Positions 37,195-44,442 of a stretch of 44,442 nucleotides of DNA are shown one piece after another. The notes below the pieces were generated by a model that saw only the letters and a list, made by a program, of their open reading frames with translations, was not told the origin of the DNA and searched no databases. Each line of letters opens with the position of its first letter. The first letter of the stretch is position 1. The DNA comes from Candidatus Asgardarchaeum abyssi (GTDB lineage Archaea; Asgardarchaeota; Asgardarchaeia; Asgardarchaeales; Asgardarchaeaceae): positions 1 through 44,442 of the forward strand of contig JBECUL010000015.1 of NCBI GenBank assembly GCA_040225955.1. The letters are read 5' to 3'. The translations under genes were made by a program, and so were the position numbers.

Positions 37195-37420
37195 AGATTC
37201 TCCTCCATATAATTATTACACACTCGTATATCATTACGTTTTGGTATGTTATGCTTAATAGAAATATAGAAATCATATTAAAGAATTTATCTATTTGTCT
37301 AAACAAATATTTTATTATTGTACTTTTTCCTTCTTTAACCAATAGAAAAGAAAAAAGTTATTATAGATTAAAAGTATTATAAAAACAGAATTAATTTATT
37401 CGATAGTTAGGTGAGATTAA

Positions 37421-37714
37421 ATGGATAATGACTTAATTGTAAACGATGACACCGTCGTTAAAGTTGCAAAAGCACTAGCTTCGGAAACTAGGTGGGCCAT
37501 ACTAAAGCTTCTTCAAAAAAGGCAAATGGATGTCAGCAGAATTGCTAAAGAACTAAAACAAACAGAAGCAAATATTAGTGCGCAAATAAAAATTCTTGAG
37601 GATGCGGGGCTTATAAGAAGTCACTACGAACCAGGCGATCACGGAGTAAGGAAAGTTTGTGAGACTGCTGTTGATAAAATAATTATTGAGCTTGTTTCTA
37701 AGAGTGAAGATTAA
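37421..37714 (+). CDS. ArsR-family HTH transcriptional regulator
   Basis: KALASETRWAILKLL, TEANISAQIKILEDAGLI, GVRKVC. Confidence 0.9.
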   Translation: MDNDLIVNDDTVVKVAKALASETRWAILKLLQKRQMDVSRIAKELKQTEANISAQIKILEDAGLIRSHYEPGDHGVRKVCETAVDKIIIELVSKSED

Positions 37715-39189
37715 AGTGTTTCATATTTTTTTGCAATTTCTTCTATCGACTCTTCGAATGGTGCAACTTTTATAAATTGACGTTTTCTTATTTTAACAAA
37801 TATAGGGAAATTAACAACTTCACCTGTAATTAATGCCTCACCAACTGATAAAGAAGATATCATGTCAAGAGTACGCCTATCTATATGTTCACTACTTGCA
37901 CCTATATGTTGTAAATCGTATGGGTTTGTTATTCTAAGTATAATCTGAGTATTACACTGTGAGAGTGCCGTTGTTGACAATCTCACTGGACGTTGTGAGA
38001 TAAGACATAAAGAAAAATAAAACTTACGACCTTCTCGAGCAATTGTTTCAATTATTCCTTTAGATATAGCTTCTTCTCGTCTGGCTTCTGGACAAAACTG
38101 ATGAGCTTCCTCTATAACAGCTATCACAGGAGGTATTCTATTATTTCTTCTTAAACTGAATAGACGATGAAGGACATATGTGACAACTAATTGTTTTTTA
38201 TATAGACTTATGAGATTACTCAGATTTAGTATTATTAGCTTTCCTGGTTTCATTAAGTTCTCCCAAAATGGATTTTCCGTATCACTAAAAAAGTATGTTT
38301 CCTTTAGCATATAAAGCCAACCTAGCAGTGCCTCTTTCGTTCTAGGATTAATATCATTTGAAATTTGTATTTTTGATATTATAGATTCTAATGTAAATTT
38401 TTTTTCTGCATTACGCATTTCAGAAATCACTCTCATTAATTCTCTAATTTGAATCTCAGACAGTTGTGGAAGAAAACTTGAGAAGAGCGATCTATTGATG
38501 TATTTCATTGAAAACTGAATTTCACTAGCGTTAATAACATGCACATTGTTGATAAATGGGCTATCATTTAATGAAAATGGAACGTATTCTCCGTGAACAT
38601 CAAAGACTATAATACTAACACGGCCTTCGGATGGCTTTCTAAGCATCAATTCTTCTAAGAGTACAGATGTTGTATATGATTTGCCCGCACCAGACATAGC
38701 AAGAATTGCAACATGCTTTCTAAACAGTTTTGTTAAATCTAACTTAACCTCATAGCCATGACCAAGAAGCTTCCCAAGGAAAATCCCTTTTGTATTAAAT
38801 CCTAAAATTTTGCTTAAAGTCTCATAGGAGGCTAAAAAGACTCTATCACCAGGGCTAGGTGGAATATTACATGAAGATAGTTTTCCTTGCGACTTATCAA
38901 GAATCCCTAATGACTTAATCTTTAATAAGGTATATTCCCAAAGATCAATTGGAAATAGAGAGTCTAAAGCACTACCGCTTCTTTCAAATTCAGCTACTGA
39001 TTCTATTTGACTAAAATAACGATTTGTCTTGATTATATCAACTATTAAGCCAACTAATAATTTCGCTTGATATGGTATTTCCACATATAGTCCTTTTTCA
39101 AGGTTTGAAGCTATTTCTGGTTCTGCTAAAACATAAAATTCTTGCGTATTTGGGGTTTCCCCCAAACTAATAACTCGACCTATTTTCAT
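37711..39189 (-). CDS. herA: HerA helicase/translocase
   Basis: N-terminal HAS barrel, HVAILAMSGAGKS, DVHGEY, EEAH, AREGRKF, SQRP. Adjacent to nurA. Confidence 0.93.
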   Translation of the reverse strand: MKIGRVISLGETPNTQEFYVLAEPEIASNLEKGLYVEIPYQAKLLVGLIVDIIKTNRYFSQIESVAEFERSGSALDSLFPIDLWEYTLLKIKSLGILDKSQGKLSSCNIPPSPGDRVFLASYETLSKILGFNTKGIFLGKLLGHGYEVKLDLTKLFRKHVAILAMSGAGKSYTTSVLLEELMLRKPSEGRVSIIVFDVHGEYVPFSLNDSPFINNVHVINASEIQFSMKYINRSLFSSFLPQLSEIQIRELMRVISEMRNAEKKFTLESIISKIQISNDINPRTKEALLGWLYMLKETYFFSDTENPFWENLMKPGKLIILNLSNLISLYKKQLVVTYVLHRLFSLRRNNRIPPVIAVIEEAHQFCPEARREEAISKGIIETIAREGRKFYFSLCLISQRPVRLSTTALSQCNTQIILRITNPYDLQHIGASSEHIDRRTLDMISSLSVGEALITGEVVNFPIFVKIRKRQFIKVAPFEESIEEIAKKYETL

Positions 39190-39224
39190 ATTATTTATCC
39201 CCGCATACTATTCCATGTATATAT

Positions 39225-40403
39225 TTATCCTACATTTAATGGGAAAATTCCCTTTTCTCTACGTTTTTTATGTAAGAGTTGAATGAATTGAGTTTTTGAT
39301 AAAAGCCTACGATATATTAACTCAGCATCTTTTTGAAGTACTTTTGCCCTGTTATCAGCCTCAACAAGAATACTAGGGAAAGAATAAATGGAACTATAAG
39401 AGGATAACCCAATTAGAATTGAAGCTATTTTTATAACGGAATTTATAATATCGTTATCGGGTGAGAAAAACTCAATACGAAGAGGAAGATCGAAATCTAC
39501 AGGCTTTAGATAGAATGTTCCTAGATTAGAGTATATTTTTTTAATTATTTTATTTAATAAAGGAGATTGAAGTTGCTTTAGCTCGTAGGGTGCGAATACT
39601 GCTGTTCTTTCTGATTTGTTAAGAACACTATGTAAAAATATTACATCATTAATAGTCTTTAAAATCCCTCTATAATCCATATCCAATATTTCTCTCAAAG
39701 AGTCAAAATATTTAATCATCATGGGAAGAGCTTTTAACAGCCAGTTTATAAAAGAACGTTTACGACTGTCCTTAATTACACCAACAACATATACATTATA
39801 TAAATTACTGACCTCAAACAATTCGGAATATATACTAAATACTTCTTCAATTAATTTATCTATATTGGCATCATGAGCGTACATGGAATACATGTAAAAA
39901 AAAGGATTAGAAAATATACTACCATCAAGGAGTAATACATTCGGTGTATCATCTTTAATTATCTTTAGAGCTAATTTTTTTTCTAGTAGTTCTCTATGAA
40001 AGGAAGCCATAACATCGAGATCTGAACCATGAACCGCTGAAAAATTAGGAATTATTTCAAGATCCTTTGGTTTTGCACTAACATACTTAACATTAATTTT
40101 CGAATCATGTTTATATGTATATATGACACCTGCAGCTCGTGTAATAATGATATCAACACCAGAAAGAGATTTTGAGACAAGCCCACCATCTACAGCAGCT
40201 ATTGTTAGACCATCGAGAGAGATTGGTGATACATCAAAGAATAAATAATTTTCATATACGCATTCTCTTAATTTTTCCGGTAAAGCAGAGATAGGAGCCT
40301 TTTGCAGTTTACTTCTTATAATGTAAGCTAATTTTTCCTTTTTCTTTTCTATTTCCATAAGTTGTTTTGCAATCTTGTCTATAATTATATCTATTACGCT
40401 CAA
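39225..40403 (-). CDS. nurA: NurA nuclease
   Basis: AAVDGG, LLLDGS, GVIKDS, PLRIEF, FPSILVEADNRA. Confidence 0.92.
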   Translation of the reverse strand: MSVIDIIIDKIAKQLMEIEKKKEKLAYIIRSKLQKAPISALPEKLRECVYENYLFFDVSPISLDGLTIAAVDGGLVSKSLSGVDIIITRAAGVIYTYKHDSKINVKYVSAKPKDLEIIPNFSAVHGSDLDVMASFHRELLEKKLALKIIKDDTPNVLLLDGSIFSNPFFYMYSMYAHDANIDKLIEEVFSIYSELFEVSNLYNVYVVGVIKDSRKRSFINWLLKALPMMIKYFDSLREILDMDYRGILKTINDVIFLHSVLNKSERTAVFAPYELKQLQSPLLNKIIKKIYSNLGTFYLKPVDFDLPLRIEFFSPDNDIINSVIKIASILIGLSSYSSIYSFPSILVEADNRAKVLQKDAELIYRRLLSKTQFIQLLHKKRREKGIFPLNVG

Positions 40404-40525
40404 AATAGTTCAACCTCTAACACTTATGTCTAGCTAATAAAATATTTTCTTAAATTTTCCTCTAGAAAGCAATGTTTTTAAACATATACATATAAACATA
40501 GAATCCACTAGGAGGAGGCACCTCC

Positions 40526-40822
40526 TTGGCAATAAGCATAAATATTAATAATTTTCTTGACAACAGTTCATCTATTAGTATAAAAAAAGTAAGCATTAGA
40601 TCGAATATTAAATGTATAGTGATACGTGATAACATCATGCCTATTGTAAGTATTATACATTTAGGTGAGAAAGAAATAACAATAAATAATAATTTACTTG
40701 CAGAAGAAGAGAATTTTGTTGATTGGATAAAAGATGAAACTAAAAATTCTACTATATTGGTTGATGTTAACTTAAATGCTAAAAATTTAATAAATTTACA
40801 CCTTAAAATTTATAGGAGCTGA
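40526..40822 (+). CDS. Hypothetical protein
   Basis: 98-aa ORF with a GGAGG SD. Ends 5 nt before the GPN GTPase gene. Confidence 0.5.
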   Translation: MAISININNFLDNSSSISIKKVSIRSNIKCIVIRDNIMPIVSIIHLGEKEITINNNLLAEEENFVDWIKDETKNSTILVDVNLNAKNLINLHLKIYRS

Positions 40823-40827
40823 TTTTT

Positions 40828-41604
40828 ATGTATTTTGTCTTTATTGTAGGAACTGCTGGTAGTGGTAAAACTACGTTAACTGCAACGTTTTTAGATTGGC
40901 TAAGAAACCAGAATATTTATGCTATTTCTGTCAATTTAGACCCTGGCGTAAAACGAGTGCCATACTATCCAGAGATTGATGTACGTGAATATATAGATGT
41001 CGATAAAATAATGGAAGAATATCAATTAGGTCCCAATGGCGGGCTTATCGTTTCTATGGATTTTCTTGCTCTAAAAATGAAAAAAATAGTGGATGAGATA
41101 CTCTCATATGATGCAGAATACGTATTAATAGACACACCGGGTCAATTAGAGTTATTTGTCTTTAGAGATGTGGGGCCTTATCTCGTTGACGAATTATCTA
41201 AAATAGAAGCTGCACGATCAGCAATTCTCTACCTAATTGATTCAAATTTGAGTAAAAATCCAGCGAATATAATTTCAGTTCTCTTGCTAGGAGCTGCAAT
41301 TCAGTATAGGTTTATAAAGCCCCAATTAAATCTTCTGACGAAAATCGATACTTTAACAGAGAAAGAATATGCAAAAATATTAGAATGGACAAATGATCTT
41401 GATGATCTAATAAAAGCGGCAGATGAAGAAACAAAAGGGATACTAAGAGAAATGACTATTAAAATTGGGGAAATGCTTAAAGATTTCGGAACGATTTCAA
41501 GAATACTACCTATCTCTGCCTATGAAAGAACCAACATGGATACGCTTTATGCTGAACTTCAAAGGATATTTGCGGGAGGAGAGGATTATTTATCGTATGA
41601 ATAA
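40828..41604 (+). CDS. GPN-loop GTPase
   Basis: GTAGSGKT, NLDPG, LGPNGG, DTPGQLE, TKID. Confidence 0.96.
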   Translation: MYFVFIVGTAGSGKTTLTATFLDWLRNQNIYAISVNLDPGVKRVPYYPEIDVREYIDVDKIMEEYQLGPNGGLIVSMDFLALKMKKIVDEILSYDAEYVLIDTPGQLELFVFRDVGPYLVDELSKIEAARSAILYLIDSNLSKNPANIISVLLLGAAIQYRFIKPQLNLLTKIDTLTEKEYAKILEWTNDLDDLIKAADEETKGILREMTIKIGEMLKDFGTISRILPISAYERTNMDTLYAELQRIFAGGEDYLSYE

Positions 41605-41661
41605 ATAAATTTAAATATGCCATTTTTGTGTATCTTGTGTAAATTTGTAATGGTGGTAATC

Positions 41662-42219
41662 ATGCCAAGAAGACCTTCAAGATGCTATAGATATTTTGAC
41701 ACTCCCCCGTATACTAGGAAAGAATACATACGTGGTGTTCCGCAGCCTAAGATCCAAATTTTTGATATGGGTTCAAAGAATAAAGAATTTCCAATATATT
41801 TAACATTGGTATCTCTAGAGCAAGGAAATATAACACATAATGCGTTAGAGGCTTTGAGAATAGCTGCTAATAGATATTTATCCAAGAAATTATCAGCAGA
41901 AGGCTATCATTTAAGGATCAGAGCCCATCCTCATCATATTCTGAGAGAAAATAAAATGATGGCCTTTGCAGGTGCTGATAGGCTACAAGAGGGCATGAGA
42001 AAAGCATTCGGAAAACCTTTTGGAATGGCAGCAAGAGTTTTCTTCGGTTCCCCGATTGTTACGATAGGCGTGAATGAAGATGGTATATCGATAGCATTAG
42101 AAGCTTTAAGACGAGTCTCTATGAAAGTCCCTATGAAGACAAGAATAGTAATAGAAAAAGCACCAGAACATATAATAAAGAAAATAGGATTTCCTTTAAT
42201 ATCTGAATTTAAAAAATAA
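41662..42219 (+). CDS. rpl10e: 50S ribosomal protein uL16 (L10e)
   Basis: RRPSRCYR, YTRKEYIRGVP, RENKMMAFAGADRLQEGMRKAFGKP. Confidence 0.98.
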   Translation: MPRRPSRCYRYFDTPPYTRKEYIRGVPQPKIQIFDMGSKNKEFPIYLTLVSLEQGNITHNALEALRIAANRYLSKKLSAEGYHLRIRAHPHHILRENKMMAFAGADRLQEGMRKAFGKPFGMAARVFFGSPIVTIGVNEDGISIALEALRRVSMKVPMKTRIVIEKAPEHIIKKIGFPLISEFKK

Positions 42220-42237
42220 TTAAAAAGAAATATTGAT

Positions 42238-44442
42238 TCATTGCGGTAAATCTTCATCTGGATCTTCATAGAAATGACCTAATAATTTCTCCATGATTAT
42301 TCTTTGTTCGATTTGAGCCACTTTTTTCCTAGCTTCTATAGCGACATCTGGATTTACACTTATGCTATCAATCCCAGCCCTGACCAGAAATTCTATGTAA
42401 CCTTCTATCGTAGATGGAGCTTGCCCGCATATTGATACTGTTTTTCCTCTTTTATGTGCATGTTTTATTAGATATTTAATTGCTCTCCTTACTGCTAAGT
42501 TTCGTTCATCAAATAGATATGCTAATTTTCCAGACTCCCTATCTACACCTAATATTAACTGAGTCAAATCGTTAGATCCTATGGAGAAGCCATCTACGTA
42601 CTCGCAGAATTTGTCTACCAAAAGTATATTAGAAGGAACTTCAGCCATCAACCATACTTTAAAGTCGGGTCCACGTTTAAGACCTTCTTCTTCCATTATT
42701 TTTATTACTTTCTTAAGATTCTCTACCGTACGAACAAAGGGAATCATAACCCATACATTTGTCAGTTGCATTTCCTCTCGTACTTTTTTAATAGCCCTTA
42801 GCTCCAGTCTGAATGCTGGTTCATAATCGGGGTCCACATATCTAGATTGTCCACGCCAGCCCAACATTGGGTTTTCTTCTTCAATCTCATATTTTTCGCC
42901 GCCTTCTAGTTTTCGGTATTCATTTGTTTTGAAATCAGAAAATCTTAGCACAACGGGTCTAGGATAGAACGCTTTAGCAACCATGGCAATGCCTTCGGCT
43001 AGCTTATCTATGAAAACTTGTTCATTACCCTCCTCTATTAGCTTCATTGGATGTTTACCAATATATGTAGCTACTATAAATTCTTCACGCATTAAACCAA
43101 CGCCATCAACAGGCAGCTTAGCATATTCTTCAGCTTTTTCAGGAACACCTAAGTTTATGTATATCTTTGTACCCGTGATAGGAACAGCCTCGCCAAGTGT
43201 AACGGCTTTAACTTCAGCGGCTTTCTCTTCTTTTTTAACATATTCTTCTATTGCACCCTCATAAACAACTCCTCTTTTTGCATCAACCGTTATTAACTGT
43301 CCCGTTTTGATGACTTTTGTAGCATTACCTGTACCTACGATACATGGAATACCTAGTTCTCTACTTACAATAGCAGCGTGTGCTGTAAAACCACCTTCAT
43401 CGGTGATTATAGCTGCTGCCTTTCTCATTGCGGGAACCCAATCAGGAGTTGTCATTGTTGTAACTAATATATCACCATCTTTCATCAAATGAATGTCCTT
43501 AACATCTAGAATCACTTTAGCCCTACCTATAGCAATACCTGGACTTGCAGGTAGTCCTTGAACTAGAACTTTCTTTTCAACAGTTATTTCGACTTTCTCT
43601 TCCGAGGGCTCAACTGCTCTTTCACTAAATACAGTTTCTGGTCTAGCTTGTAGAATGTAAATTTTATTATCTTCACTTTCAATTGCCCATTCAATATCCA
43701 TTGGGCGTCCATAATGTTCTTCTATTTTGATACCATATTTAGCTAATTCGATAACTTCTTCATCAGAGAGAGATGGCTTATCTTGAAGATCCTTAGGGAC
43801 TTCGGTCTTTATAGTTTTTCCTGTCTTTGGATCGCGGATTACTTGAATTTTTTTAGTTGGAATATGGCGCTCTACTATTTCCAATGATTTTTTATCAACA
43901 ATAAATGTATCAGGAGTTACAGATCCACTTACAACAGCTTCACCTAAGCCCCAACTTCCTTCAATCATTATTTTTGTTTTATCCCCCGTAGATGGATGAA
44001 TTGTAAACATAACACCCGCTGTCCTAGCGTTAACCATCTTTTGAACTGCAACACTTATTAAGACTTTATCATGTTCAAATCCTTTTTCTTCCCTGTAAAA
44101 AATAGCACGTGGTGTAAAAAGACTACTCCAACATTTTCGTACTTTGTCAAGCAAATCTGCACGACCTACATTTAAGTATGTTTCTTGCTGACCTGCAAAG
44201 CTTGCTCCTGGTAAGTCTTCTGCAGTTGCAGAACTACGTGTTGCAACAAGAACCTCATCAACTCCTTCACGCCTACAAAGTTCATTGTATGCATTCATTA
44301 TTTCCTTTTGTAAATATTCAGGAATAGGAGTTTTCTCTATTAGTTCTCTAATTCTCTTACTTGCATTTTCTAAATCCTCTGTATTATGAATATTTGTATT
44401 CTTAACAATTGAAAGAATCTCATCTTTAATTCCAGTATCTTC
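42238..44442 (-). CDS. ppsA: Phosphoenolpyruvate synthase (5'-truncated by window edge)
   Basis: [30 protein letters not shown], phospho-His motif [28 protein letters not shown]. Frame is open to the window end. Confidence 0.97.
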   Translation of the reverse strand, partial: EDTGIKDEILSIVKNTNIHNTEDLENASKRIRELIEKTPIPEYLQKEIMNAYNELCRREGVDEVLVATRSSATAEDLPGASFAGQQETYLNVGRADLLDKVRKCWSSLFTPRAIFYREEKGFEHDKVLISVAVQKMVNARTAGVMFTIHPSTGDKTKIMIEGSWGLGEAVVSGSVTPDTFIVDKKSLEIVERHIPTKKIQVIRDPKTGKTIKTEVPKDLQDKPSLSDEEVIELAKYGIKIEEHYGRPMDIEWAIESEDNKIYILQARPETVFSERAVEPSEEKVEITVEKKVLVQGLPASPGIAIGRAKVILDVKDIHLMKDGDILVTTMTTPDWVPAMRKAAAIITDEGGFTAHAAIVSRELGIPCIVGTGNATKVIKTGQLITVDAKRGVVYEGAIEEYVKKEEKAAEVKAVTLGEAVPITGTKIYINLGVPEKAEEYAKLPVDGVGLMREEFIVATYIGKHPMKLIEEGNEQVFIDKLAEGIAMVAKAFYPRPVVLRFSDFKTNEYRKLEGGEKYEIEEENPMLGWRGQSRYVDPDYEPAFRLELRAIKKVREEMQLTNVWVMIPFVRTVENLKKVIKIMEEEGLKRGPDFKVWLMAEVPSNILLVDKFCEYVDGFSIGSNDLTQLILGVDRESGKLAYLFDERNLAVRRAIKYLIKHAHKRGKTVSICGQAPSTIEGYIEFLVRAGIDSISVNPDVAIEARKKVAQIEQRIIMEKLLGHFYEDPDEDLPQ

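Noticed and set aside
368-43492. Many antisense or overlapping ORFs in the track (e.g. 368-685, 3267-3467, 5847-6209, 7717-7917, 11473-11922, 15670-16104, 30952-31299, 42581-43492)
   Set aside because: They are shadows of well-supported genes or AT-rich intergenic noise with no motifs.
1-44442. CRISPR arrays, IS elements, inteins, rRNA genes
   Set aside because: No repeat-spacer array, transposase or rRNA was seen by eye, and the RFC, SMC and PpsA sequences show no intein-sized insertions.

Overview
AT-rich archaeal chromosomal segment, most likely from an Asgard-type archaeon. This is inferred from three tandem roadblock genes plus PAC4-like and EMC6/RAB5IF-like proteins, alongside SMC-ScpAB, Nop5/fibrillarin, RFC, DnaG, Rqc2, HerA-NurA, a GPN GTPase and uL16. 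Most genes are housekeeping, and there are two tRNAs (Glu with an intron; Ile2). The main discovery is an unannotated ~285-nt GC-rich RNA on the minus strand (21340-21626), upstream of the toprim-dnaG genes. It folds into three archaeal H/ACA guide hairpins whose pockets match 23S rRNA sites equivalent to pseudouridines conserved in eukaryotes; the rRNA targets are recalled from consensus sequences and are not in this window. Other notable items are a membrane-anchored VirB4/HerA-like ATPase beside a prepilin peptidase and pilin-like genes (possible DNA-transfer module), a 43-aa OST4-like ORF below the track's size cutoff, a protein of four AAA+ lid-like repeats, and catalytically degenerate NIF3 and NYN homologs. 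All family calls come from motif recognition by eye; no searches were run.
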